Assembly: GCA_951406725.2 (NCBI GenBank)
Contig: OX597815.1
Location: forward strand, 161,696,001-161,760,000
Origin: Octopus vulgaris
Taxonomy: Eukaryota
Reading direction: 5' to 3'
Length of the DNA stretch: 64,000 bases
Made by a program: the position numbers and the translations under genes. The notes beneath the pieces are model-generated. The model did not search any database and was not told the DNA's origin. It saw only the letters and a program-made list of their open reading frames with translations. Positions 51,832 to 64,000 of the stretch are shown piece after piece (position 1 is the stretch's first letter; each line of letters opens with the position of its first letter).

Positions 51832-52636
51832 CTAGCAATATTGCCCGGCTCGTGTGCTCATGCATTCTATGCACGTGCGAATTAAGCTAAACTTGGATGA
51901 AGTCCAATCAAAATTCAGTTATTTTGATTTTAAAATCAAGCATTTAATGCTCTCTATTTTTGCACTTATGTGTTCCATTTCCTCAATAGGAAGTACGTAG
52001 AAGCATTTCATAAATTTTTGTTGATCAAATTGTTGAATTGTTCGTTTAGATCAGTATTTCTCAACGGGGATTTCAGGGGAGAGTTTCAGGGAGTCGTTGG
52101 CAATGTATCGTGATGATCAAAAATCCAACCTGCTAAAATTTGGTTAAAGTGATTCAAACTGCAGACTCAATGCAAAATGGTCACATTTAATTCAAAGCGT
52201 TAAAAATGTTATGAAAACAATTGGTATGTGTTCACAAAGTCCAAACGGTTGATACGAAAAAACCCTCCAGGCTACATCCCGAAAATTCATTTCTTTGCCA
52301 AATTTCTACAATGTTTACGGTGATTCGTTTTTATATCTTGATTTTTTTAGTTTTCATGCAATTTACGCATGCTTGCATGCGTTGTGAACACAGTTCACAT
52401 CAAACAGCTGACTGAGTAAAGTTCACTATTCAATGCATGGGATAAGGCCTAAACAAACACATTATCGATTTTTGCACTTGCGAGATGAATTTCGGAACAG
52501 AAATAGCGCAGTTCAATTTTCATTCACCTAAACTTTAAGTGACCCATTTTTGGTGGTCCTACGATTTGTTGGCTGGGAGGAGGTGTGCCTGGAAGTTAAA
52601 TACACAGACACACAAGTTGAGTTTTATATATATAGA
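51832..52636 (-). mobile_element. Non-autonomous Helitron
   Basis: Minus strand begins TCTATATATATAAAAC and ends GCCGGGCAATATTGCTAG; inserted between A and T. Confidence 0.8.
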
Positions 52637-53587
52637 TGTCTCAACCCAGAAGATAAAATTCCTGATTACACATTACTTTCGATTCTTTTGCAATAAAATA
52701 ATTTCTATTAATGATAGATACTATGAATATATTTTCTCAGTAAACTTTCCTTGCAGTGAACTTTCTCCATGGTGAAATTTCTTCACAGTGTATTGATGGT
52801 GGTAAACTTACCTGTAATCACACCAATCACCTGGTTGATGTTCATTACAACTGAATAGACCAGAGCTATGTAAAATAAAGTACTTTGTTCAAGACTTAAC
52901 ATGCTACCTAATCTAGGAACTAACCGTATAATAAGGAGTTGACCTTATAATAATGAGTTGGTCATGCTAACACACAAGGCCATGAGCCTTATATACATCT
53001 GAAATATATATCCTGTTAATCACAGATCTACTCAATCAATGTTGACATGTAACTAAATAACTACAGCACAGATATTATTGAAATCTTGGAGTTGTTCAGA
53101 TTGTGAAGAAAAACAAGATTTTAAACCCTTTCATGGAAACATTTCTCATGAAAATACACATTCTCTATCTGCATGTTGATGTTTTCATTAATTTCAAAAA
53201 TATTCTTAGCTCTGAAGGGAATTGAATGCCAAATAATAAAATTTCATACTTATTTGCTTATTAAACTGTTGTTTAAAACGCATCTTTTAATGAAAGGTTC
53301 TAACACAAAGTGATGATAGAATGTATTAATTTAGATATGAATCCTAGGAATGAGCAACTTTATAGAAAATAAATTCTTTGAAGTCTCTCAGGTGAGCTGC
53401 TATCAAAAGAATTAAATTTGGCAATTCATTCATAATAATTAATTTAACTCTTTTAATACCAACCCACTCCAAGCACTTCATCACAAAGTGTTCATATTTT
53501 ATTAAGAACTTAATCAAACTCTCACAATAACATAAATGAAACTGTAAGGTTTCACTTAATATATACAGTTACATGTATTTTAATAAA

Positions 53588-53820
53588 GGCGGCAAGCTGG
53601 CAGAAACGTTAGCACACTGGGCGAAATGCTCAGCGGTATTCCGTCTGCCGCTACGTTCTGAGTTCAAATTCCGCTGAGGTCGACTTTGCCTTTCATCCTT
53701 TCGGGGTCGATTAAATAAGTACCAGTTACGCACTGGGGTCGATATAATCGACTTAATCCGTGTGTCTGTCCTTGTTTGTCCTCTCTGTGTTTAGCCCCTT
53801 GTGGGCAGTAAAGAAATAGG
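53588..53820 (+). mobile_element. SINE family B, young full-length copy
   Basis: CpG-rich; 13-bp TSD GTATTTTAATAAA (53575-53587 and 53820-53832). Confidence 0.93.
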
Positions 53821-55150
53821 TATTTTAATAAATCTCTTCAAAACACACAGGCAATCAAACCATTAGAAATATAGCCTCAAAAGGATGAAACTCAAGCAAA
53901 TGTTATAGGAAACAGAAACATGGGAAACAGAAATTTATCTCTAAGTTAGTTTGTCTGCTTTGATTGCAATTGATTTTAAATCATGATTTTATAACTGAGT
54001 GCTTTTATTGTGGCCATCTTATACCTATACCTGGCTCAGTGGTTAGAGCGACAGGCTCACAATCATGAGGTAGTGATTTCAATTCCTGGACCAGGTTGTG
54101 TGTTGTGTTCTTGAGCAAGACACTTTATTTCACATTCACTTCACTCAGCTTTAGAAATGAGTTGTGACATCACTGATCCCAAGCTGTATGGACCTTTGCC
54201 TTTCCTTTGGATAACATCGATGACATGGAGAAGAGAGGCTGGTATGCATGGGTGACTGCTGCTCTTCCATTAACAACCTTACCTGGACTCATGCCTCAGA
54301 GAGTAACTTTCTAGGTGCAATCACATGGTCATTCAAGACCAGAGAGGACCATTACCCTTTTTTCTTTATTTTTCAGGAATGAGTTGTTTTTTTTTAATAT
54401 TCTTTTTCTTCTTTTTCCTTTTCCTGCTTTTTCTTTTATCTTGTTCTTCTGTTTCCTTGCAAGTTACTTGGCAACCTCACTCCTGCCAGTGGCACAACAA
54501 AAACAAGCACCTAGTACATTCTATAAAGTGGTTGGTATTGGGATGGTGGAATCCAACCATAAAAAAACTTGCCAAAGATGGCACTGGAGCTCGTGGCCTT
54601 ACAGCTTACTGAACCTTGTCGAACCATCCAACCTAGGGACATTAAATGATGATGGTAGTGGTGGTGGTGGTAGTGGTGGTGGTGGTGGTAGTGGTGATGG
54701 TGGTATTGGTAATGAGGATGATTCTACAGAACTTTGAAAGTGTTGAAAGACGAGCTGTAATGTCACTATGGAATGTGAACATCATCATTTTACTCAAACA
54801 CTAGCAAAATAAAATGCCAATGTCCGAGCACATTCACACACACACACACACATCCATGCACACACAGAATGGGCTAACTATGGCTTCTGTCTTACCAAAT
54901 TTATTCACAAAACACTGGTCAGTTCAGATAGTCATAAAAGACACTTACCCAATGAGCTGCACAATGGGACTGAACCTGAAACCACATGGTAACAAAGTGA
55001 ACTTCTGAACCACACAACCACATCTGCACCTTACTTGAATATTAAATATTATACTTCTTTGTATTGTTGTATTTTGGGATGGTCATTCTATTTATTATTA
55101 TTTTTTTTTTGCCAAATAAACACATGCACTATATGTATATTTTTTTTCAT

Positions 55151-55420
55151 CACTCATTTATTACTGTTCTTATTTTATTATTTTAACACCTGTCCATTGT
55201 CTGGAAATCTTTCATCACATCTGTGACCTCTTCAGTGACACTTTTCCTTTCCATGAGTGTTCTTGCTCCACTTACTCCATTCTCAGTGGAGCAAGAACTC
55301 ACACGGAAGCGAAAAGTGTCACTGAAGAGGTCACAGATGTATGACAAAAAATTTCCGAAAAATGGACAGGCATTAAAATAATAAATAAAATAAGAACACT
55401 AAAATAAGAATAAATTAGTG
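55151..55420. repeat. Fold-back inverted repeat with degenerate hammerhead
   Basis: 55151-55273 pairs with 55284-55420; the right arm has TGTCA-CTGAAGA-GGTCA..TGAC, with the GAAA box eroded. Confidence 0.8.
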
Positions 55421-55435
55421 AAGGAAAAAAAATAA

Positions 55436-55806
55436 TCTATATATATATAAAGCTGAAGTTGTCTGTGTATGGCAGGTTTAGTAGCCTTCAACTAACACTA
55501 TCTCCTCTGAGACCCTGCTGTGCAAGTTGACCAAAATTGAAAATATGATAGAAGGCTTGCTCTTCCTTCCGTAGATGAAAAAATTCAAATCGGACAATGT
55601 TAACACCAAAAATTATTTACATCAATAAGGTGCTTTTCTTCTATGAAAATCCTTATTTTTTACGATTTTTTTACTGCTGTGTCACCATTTTTCGGTGTAT
55701 TTCAACCAGAAAAATGTTCACTTAGAGAGAATAACAAGCTACATAATACAAAATTTTGACTTTTCAAAAACTCCAATTCTAAAGGGTCGAAACAAGCCCA
55801 AGCTAG
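55436..55806 (+). mobile_element. Non-autonomous Helitron
   Basis: A|TCTATATATATATAAAGCTG...GGGTCGAAACAAGCCCAAGCTAG|T. Confidence 0.8.
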
Positions 55807-55987
55807 TAATAAATAAAATGACTATTCCGAAATACAACATCTGCTTCAACACACAATTTCCCATCAGGAATCTCGCAAAACGAATTGATAAACTATATTT
55901 CTTTGATTATTCTTTAAGATTATGGTGAGATGATTGAAATATTATTTTCACTATTTTAAGTTTGCTTTCAATATTGATACAATAAAT

Positions 55988-56320
55988 GAGTGGTTCTCAA
56001 CCATTTTTTTTTTTATCTATGGACCTCTTTGATTTCTATTTTACTCTGGTGTCCCCTCGTGACCATTTAATGTGTAAAAACTAGTTTTATAGATAATTCA
56101 TTCAAAATTCATATTTTCCTTTCCATATGTTAACTTGTGTATGTTGAATATAAATAGATACATCTTGCTGTTTCTTGCAATAAATACATCTAAGGCAAAA
56201 ATTTTTCCATGGACCTTTGAAATACTATTGTGGGTCCTCAATTTACTATTTTGTTGTGTGGAAGCCCCAAAGTCTTATATGGAGCCCCAGGAGTCTTATG
56301 GATCTGGTTGAGAAACACTC
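55988..56320. mobile_element. hAT (Charlie-like) MITE
   Basis: TIRs GAGTGGTTCTCAACC / GGTTGAGAAACACTC; TSD not recognisable. Confidence 0.7.
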
Positions 56321-56814
56321 CTGGAGATGATACAGGCTTTTTAGAAAGATGATCTGTTGTTAAATTTTTAGTTATAGTCATAACCCATGCCAGCATGGAA
56401 AGCAGACGTTAAATGGTGATGATGATGATGATGATGATGATGATGGCAATGATGAGTATGTGATAGTAAATATACCTTGTTGTTGTTGTGTTACTCTTGG
56501 TCAACATTGACCAAGCAGACATATGATCAAAGGTGTTCAAGATTTGATCATTCAAACTTTATCTAATCCAGTACAAACTTACCAAGAAGGAAATACATGC
56601 ATGGTAGGAAGATTTGTCTGCTACTTGTGAAATGCCAAGTAACAAATTAAAGACCAACCCTCTTCATTGATTTGTATGTAATTGTGCTTTGCAGTTAGGT
56701 GAGATTTGATAACGGGTTATAAATAATAGATATGCTTTGTTTAAAAATAATTTTAAATTATCATGATTGTTTTCAGTTTTACAGTGGTTGTGAAGAAAGA
56801 GAAAATTGTCATCT

Positions 56815-57301
56815 TTGTCAGTCTGTTTGTCTGTCTGTCTGTCTGAATGCATGTATGTATGTATGTATGTATGTATGTATGTATGTATGTATGTATGTAT
56901 GTATGTATGTATGTATGTATGCATGTATGTATGTATGTATGTATGTATGTATGCATGTATGTATGTATGTATAAGGTAGTGGGGTGTTGAAAAGTTCCTG
57001 GCTTTGGGTAAAAGAAAATATAGGAGGATCAGTTAATCATGATTTTATTCAACTTATCCCCCTCTCAGATTCACATACTTATTGGAACAGTCCTGTAAAA
57101 AACTCAGAAGATTGGGCCTCCAACTGTGCTTTTCATGATACTCTTAAAACCAGGAACTTTCAGCTTCCCCTCATATGTATGTATGTATGTATGCATGCAT
57201 GCATGTATGTATGTATGTATGTATGTATGTATGTATGTATGTATGTATGTATGTATGTATGTATGTATGTATGTATGTATGCATGCATGCATATATGTAT
57301 G

Positions 57302-57333
<32 letters not shown>

Positions 57334-57345
57334 TGTATGTATGTA

Positions 57346-57394
<49 letters not shown>

Positions 57395-57410
57395 CTGTGC
57401 ATGTGTGTCA
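56815..57410. repeat. (GTAT)n/(GT)n microsatellite with a mariner MITE (56981-57175) inserted
   Basis: Directly visible; the MITE matches 35822-36039. Confidence 0.9.
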
Positions 57411-57818
57411 TTATTCAGTTTATTTCAAGATTTCTTTCCAAAAAAGCTCCTTCATTGAAATTTCAACAACATCAACAGGGGATTTTTGTGTGTATATATG
57501 TATATGAATAGATTTGTATATTTTGTTTTATGTATGTATTCTCATGCATATAGCTGCATATCTAGACTTGTGCATATACACTTAAATGGTGAACTTCTGG
57601 AAATTTTAACAGGTTTTTACAGTTCTAGTGATGGATTGGTTCTGTAGTTTTCAAATCAGCTTTCTCCTTTCTGGTTTTGAGAAGCTTAATTTCTCAAGAT
57701 TGGTATTTAGGCAGTGTGTTACATATCCTAGTACCCCAATAATTACAAGTATAAACCTGAACATGTATGTATTTCTCTCTCTTTTTCTCTCTCTGTCTCT
57801 CTGTCTCTCTGTCTCTGC

Positions 57819-57851
<33 letters not shown>

Positions 57852-58299
57852 TCCCTCAACATTAACATACAGTTAGTAATGTAGATAAAAACATGCACAC
57901 ATTTGTTTACCTATCCATCCATTCATCCATGCATACATATACATACACAATAACAGCAAAAATTTGTAAAACATTCAAGGGATTCTTCATTTGAGGATCT
58001 TGGGTGAATATATGCGTACAGTCACATACATATAAGGAATATATATAGTCTCGCACACATAAACAGCAATGGAACTTACACACTCATGTTCCATTGTGAC
58101 AAAACCCCTACAAGTGCAACTGTATCCACATACGCACACATATATGCATACATCAACCAATTCAGACAACCACAAACCTTAAGAGCTGTCTTGACTTAAA
58201 CAAAAGATCTTTGCCACTTTGTTAACGACCAACATAAATTCTACAAAGGAGAAATCTTAAAAGTAAATTCCAAAGAAGAATACATACATGCATGCAAGC

Positions 58300-58610
58300 A
58301 CATACACACAGATAGACAGACACAATAAAAAGTATGGATCATCAGAGAAGTCAGCTGCCCTTCTAATGTGAATATCTCTTTGACAATCAAAAAGAAAGGG
58401 GATAATTATAGACAGCTGATTTATACTAGTAATAATTGGTGCACTTGGTTTTGTGGGTGAATGCCTACATGTCATTCTGGATAAGCAAGGGTTTTCAGAA
58501 AAAGAAATCAATCAGCTAAATTGCATACTACAAATACAATTTGTAAGTGGAACAGTAAAAATATGCAAGACTTTTCTCAAGTTTAAAATGTGGTATTGTT
58601 TTTTGTTATC
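58300..58610 (+). pseudogene. R4-like REL LINE extreme C-terminus
   Basis: EVSCPSNVNI...IIGALGFVGECL...GFSEKEI...LQ...VSGTVKICKTFLKF. Confidence 0.65.
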
Positions 58611-58676
58611 TACATTGCAACAATGGAGCTTTGTATCTTTGTTAGAAACCATCTTCTTCCTGAAACGAAGAACTTA

Positions 58677-59198
58677 CCGTAAATCCTCGAGTATAATCCG
58701 CATTTTTTTCCTAAAATTTAATGGTCAAAATCCCTAGTGCGTACTATATACGCGGTTAAAAATGAAAATTATTTTCTAAGCTATGTCTGAGTCTCTATTT
58801 GCTGTCCGGCAATGTTTATTCAGGCGCATTTTGTGATGTCGGGCGCGAAAATACATTAAGCTAAGCCTAAAAGCAATGAAGTCATAAAAGAATCATCCAT
58901 AATTTGCAGAAAGCAACATTTATTAAAATAAAAGTATTCAGAATACAGAATAACATGTAACAAAAACAATTTGCAAACATATTTACATTCCCATATAACA
59001 GTTAAGAACATCACCATTATTGTATTATGCATGCGCGGAAGTGTTTGTTCGACTAGGTGCTGCTGGCTTAATTATGCACGACTCAAGTTAGAGACGCGGT
59101 GCATATTATACACAAGGGTTAGGTTTTTCAGAGGTACAGCCTTCTGAAAATCCCCTGCATATTATACTCAAGGGCAGACTATACTTGAGGATTTACGG
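58677..59198. mobile_element. pogo/Tigger/Tc2-type MITE
   Basis: TA TSD; TIRs CCGTAAATCCTCGAGTATA / TATACTTGAGGATTTACGG. Confidence 0.9.
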
Positions 59199-60096
59199 TA
59201 ATTAAAAACAGAAGAAAACACATATGCTATTCACTTCCCCCACTTGTTTAACAGATTTTGCTTACAAGGCATCAGTTAAGTCAAGACTGTGATACCACCA
59301 TGTGAGATTAAATCTGGAACTATGTGACTGTGAAGCAAACCTCTGAATAACACAGCCATGCCTTGTCCAGCTCATGACATCATAGATGTTAAATAGATAT
59401 TAATCAGATGATTATCACCATCTACAAAACCACAACAGCAACATTGATAAATAAAACATTAATAAGAGTGATATTTGATATTTATGTTTCTCTTTTCATT
59501 AGCAATTACTGTAATTATGCTCTTCTCACATTTGCAAACAAAATTTCCATCATCCATTTTATTGTGACAAGTTCATAGAATACCTATTTTCTTCCACTTC
59601 CTAGTTTTATATATTCTTAAACACACATGAAGCAGTTATACCAATTCTATGATTAAAGTAGATAAATTAACGGGAAAAATAAATCAATAAGAACTAGCAG
59701 CCAACATTTGATGACTAATATGCCTGAAGGTGGCAATAACACAAATCTTCATTTCTTGGAATTTGTACATAAAAATATGTCCTGGAAACATTACTTCTGC
59801 TTCCCTACTCCAATACAGCTGCTAATAAACACAAGTATTATTACAAGAAGTAATAATAAAGTACGATGGGTTAATTTTATAAAGTCCTCTCAATCACAAG
59901 TAGTTTTTAAATAAGTGATTTAGTCTTTCTTATTTTCTTTCAAACAAGTCTATAGAGCTGACATGGTCTCACAAAATCATGAGAAATAATCTGGTCTGTA
60001 TTTTCTTTTCCAGACTAAACTTAATCCTGGATGTGGGTAAAACTTATTCATTTGATAGTGCATGGAGCAACCCTAAAGACTTACGGTATTCATTCC

Positions 60097-60322
60097 AGCT
60101 GGCATAAACGTTAGCACGCCAGGTGAAATATGTAGCTGTATTTCATCTGCCATTACATTCTGAGTTCAAATTCCGCCAAGGTCGACTTTGCCTTTCATCC
60201 TTTCGGGGTCAATTAAATAAGTACCAGTTATGCACTAGGGTCAATGTAATCGACTTAATCCGTGTGTCTGTCCTTGTTTGTCCCCTCTGTGTTTAGCCCC
60301 TTGTGGGCAGTAAAGAAATAGG
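60097..60322 (+). mobile_element. SINE family B, slightly 5'-truncated
   Basis: 16-bp TSD GGTATT(C/T)ATTCCAGCT at 60085-60100 and 60321-60336. Confidence 0.9.
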
Positions 60323-60399
60323 TATTTATTCCAGCTCTATGCACGTCAAAGCCAGTGAAGGTTAAGTGTACAGTTTGTCCTTGAGAGTTTGAAATATAA

Positions 60400-60640
60400 G
60401 GTACTGTTCTTATTCTCCATCTAGCTGTTCAAATGCACTTGAAAATAACCATGACTTAAGTACCACTTGAGGGCATAAAAGTGATAGGCTGAAGAGTACT
60501 TGGTGGCAGACATTTCAAGACAACCCAAAGACAGTCAACACTACATGGAATGGATGAGCAAGAGTAGCAGCTAACTGAACCTGATGGAGGAAGTTTGTTT
60601 CCCAATGCTCTGAGCAGTGAAGAAGGACTTAAGGCTAAAT
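60400..60640 (+). pseudogene. RTE-type LINE C-terminal fragment
   Basis: TWWQTFQDN..TVNTTW....VAAN...WRKFVSQCSE. Confidence 0.55.
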
Positions 60641-61730
60641 GCTTGTTCTGAAGTCAATTCTCTTTGAAAGAATTGGCTGTGGTCAGAACTGGAGAGAGAT
60701 GGGTTCTAACCAGTTCTAGATACCGAAGACAGATGATGCATCGAAGAAACAGTGACATGTAAAATGCAGTTATTGTTGACTGAGTAGACCTATTACTAAC
60801 AATATTCTAGTCATGACCATCCCATCTTCCTGTATATCAGGTAGTATATGGCCCAATATAGTCTCTTTCATTTAAAACAGTACAATGTGATTGGGTGGTA
60901 ATATGAATGTTATTTGTAGCATGTCAAACACATAAAAACTCCCCCATTATCTTGTGCAACATGCTAAATTGTATTGTAGCATTCACATTACTAAATTAAA
61001 GCATATTCCTTGCTAATCTAATTCCTTTTACCAGGATCTATGCAAAGCCATTCCCTTAAGTTGCAGAATAATATATAATCACCATTTATTACTAATTCCT
61101 TTTCTTCTTATTTTCTTAACTGCTTCAATTTCATTCTCACTTCTCCTACTGCTGTATTCTCAAGTTTCTAGTTTTAGATGTGCTTGTTTGTATATATAAT
61201 AGAAAAGATATGTAGTAACATGTTGAGGGTTTTATGCATACAATAAGTGTATTTCTGATCACATGGGGTTAGTAATAAATGTCTTAGTAGCAAACATTTG
61301 TTTAATGACCCAATGAGAGAACTTGTGTTTAACTTCTACATAGGTACTCAACTTACCAGAAATAGCAACCTTCAAATCAGAACCTACCATCTTAAAAACA
61401 AAAAAGATCACATTAGGCAATGTAGTCACTGGACATAAAAAAAAAAGATAATGGCTAGAATCGTTTACTTGGAGATTAACTGACCTATTTAACTCTTCAG
61501 CATTTAAACTAGCCATATCTGGTCAAAATATTGTATTTGTTTTATGTTCAAACTTGCCAAATACAGTCTCTTACACCTACACTACAATGTCTTACTAAGA
61601 GTAAACAAGGTGGTGTCCCAGCATAGCTGCAGTCTAATGAGGGAAACAAGTAAAAAAAGGAATCCCAAAATCGAACTCTCAAAGCTTGAAGATAATATGG
61701 GATTAATTAAAAACAATGTGAATAAATAAG

Positions 61731-61977
61731 TGTAGCAGACTCTCTCTTTCTGTTATATATACATGAGTCCGGATGTAGTAGATAACAGCTAGCCTTCGGC
61801 TGCTCTTTTGGACCCTGTTGTGTCCACTACTCTGATTGGTTGGTATTGGCGCAGTTTGTCTCTTGCTCTGTTACATGCCAATATGCAACCCTACCAATCG
61901 CAGCCTTCTGTAAACGACCGTGTGATGTATTAAAGGAGCCATTCTTCATCACCTCTCTTTCGCACGGTCGTTCTACA
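61731..61977 (+). mobile_element. Solo LTR nested in a piggyBac-type MITE (61489-62021)
   Basis: TGTAG...CTACA ends; 4-bp TSD TAAG at 61727-61730 and 61978-61981. Confidence 0.85.
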
Positions 61978-62479
61978 TAAGCATTGCATTTGACAAATTA
62001 ATCTGAATGCTAAAAAATTAAAGAACAATAACAACAATGTAGAGGTCCCTTTGTTGGATCCAGAAACCAACACACAAATACCCTTTTCCTTGATACATCT
62101 TGTGAGTGACTGTTCTTTGGTGCTATTGGATGTAACTGAGTTTTTGAATCCCCAGTGAATCTCATTTTTGAAATCTCCTTTCATACATAATCAAATATAT
62201 ACAACAAATAAAGGAATAAAACAATTCTCAAGGTGCTGTTTGTTTCAGTATTTCAGTTCTTGAGTTCAAATCCACTATGTTCAACTTGGGTGGTAGACTA
62301 AACATATTAACTGATTTAACACTACCACCTGGAATTTTCTCTGCCTTTAACTGAAGCCACTCTGTTACAAGCATTTTAAGTTAAGACTTTGGTATGAGGA
62401 TACCTTCTTCCCCAACTTTACATTAACCTCAGAGGCTCTGTAAAGGATCATGAGTATCACCTTCTCTCATGAACAAAGG

Positions 62480-62935
62480 TATTGTATTTTACAGCATACA
62501 AGTCAAATTTTTCAGACCAAAATTTACGGCCAAAAAAAAATTTTTTTTTAATAGTAGGTCAGCTTGTACAACAAAACCACTTTGGGGGATTAAAAGTTCC
62601 AAGTAAAATGCAGCAGGATCTGGAGAGATAGTGACAATATTTGAATGCTTCCACTAAATTATATACTACATCAATGTGTATACTGGAAAACATGTGGGAT
62701 ACCTGTTTCGAGAGTTGAATACAAACTAAGAATTTACAGAATTTATATCTACATTCATGACAATATACACAAGATTATATGTCTGCACTCAAAACTATAT
62801 ACACCATAGCATACACCTCTACCCATGATAATATGTATAAGACTATATACCAAATTTTCCAGAATAGAAATCGAATTTTTCAGAACAAGATTTACAGCCA
62901 AATAACATAGGTTGACTTATACACCAAAAATTCCA
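62480..62935. mobile_element. Decayed Tc2/pogo-like terminal fragments (related piece at ~33095-33215)
   Basis: AAGTCAAATTTTTCAGACCAAAATTTACGGC-like block recurs three times in the window. Confidence 0.45.
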
Positions 62936-63009
62936 TTTGAAATGCAGTAGGATTTGGAAAGTGAAAAGATAGGCACTGTTTGAATGTTTACACAATGTTT
63001 GGGTATGCA

Positions 63010-63450
63010 GGTGTTTTGAAAATACCTCATGCAGTGACAACCATGCCCTGCATAGTTATGGGATGTCCTTTAGCAAGGCATAGAGCACCTGTCCAGCCAC
63101 CCTGCCAGGAATACAGCAAAGTTATGGGACTGCAGCATGGGAGATTGTGAAAAGGTAGTGGAAAAGTTCAACTGAGCCAGCGGTATTTCTTACATTGATG
63201 CTAAGCAGAAGAATCCTTGAAAATCAATGGTCAGGAACACCAAGCTCTGTCAAAGGAGTAACTACAATGCATCCATAGGGGTGACACCCACAGTTGTGTA
63301 ATCAGCTCAATGAAAGATTCAATGTACTCAAGCTCCCAATTCAAATTCATAATAATGGAATTGGATGGTGACGGAGAGCTATGGGAATCTGCGAAAGCAG
63401 TGTGACCAATGAAGACAATATGTGTTTACGTTGTATACTACATTGACCAG
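63010..63450 (+). pseudogene. Possible Polinton/Ginger-type DDE integrase remnant
   Basis: Frameshifted VVEKFN, IDAK, ASIGVTP, ELDG and YYI pieces occur in the order of VERFNRTL..DA.E..IG..P..GELEGG.RRATD..LYYL. Confidence 0.35.
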
Positions 63451-64000
63451 TATTCTAGAAATTATAGTCAAAAAATATAATGGATGTCAGGTATAACATA
63501 ACTAGATTACACATACATGATGTATGATAAAAAGCAAAAGTTAGTGTCAGTGTTGGTGGAAATTAACTGTAATCAGGTTGTTAATACTTTGATATCCTAG
63601 AAATTCCTTTCTCTGGAATTCAGTTTCTACCTGTTTTATGTTAAAACTAACCAGATCCAACCTCTCACACATACCCTACAAAGTCATTCTAAAAATATAC
63701 AAACATGTATTGAAATCTTGAAGCTACAAGATAATATATGATTAATTCAAAACAATTTGAATAAATATGCAATACATTTGACTAAGAAATCTGAATGCTA
63801 AAGATCTAAAGAAAGCACTACTGAAAATTTTGGATCTCCTGAACAAACAGATGGCAGGTTGGAAAACAACCACTCTTCAAAAAAAGAAAGATTTATATCG
63901 CATCAGCTTCTGTCAAACTTATACTGAGATGCATGCTCCAACAGGAGACTGGAAAAGAATTTTGCCTTTGTTTTTAACCCTTGGTCTACCAGAGAAAATG

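Overview
AT-rich, repeat-saturated animal DNA. It is most likely an octopus intergenic or intronic region, inferred from the tRNA-derived SINE families and the extreme microsatellite density. I found no credible host coding exon. Most listed ORFs are microsatellite artefacts, and the rest are decayed transposon fragments: Penelope-like (PLE) GIY-YIG/RT, R4/Dong-like and Hero-like REL LINEs, RTE, CR1/L2, mariner, hAT, Gypsy and a possible Polinton-type integrase. Also present are three SINE families, Helitrons, Helentron-like elements, piggyBac-, pogo-, mariner- and hAT-type MITEs, and solo LTRs with clean target-site duplications (TSDs). The main signal is a cluster of minimal type I hammerhead ribozymes with palindromic stem III. 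The best case is a young, ORF-less 534-bp unit repeated head-to-tail (42753-43886) with two perfect hammerheads one unit apart, i.e. a candidate retrozyme-like circular-RNA element inserted in (TA)n. Three diverged hammerheads also share an unusual A/A pair at the base of stem II. Family names come from motif recognition by eye, not database searches. Boundaries of decayed elements are approximate.
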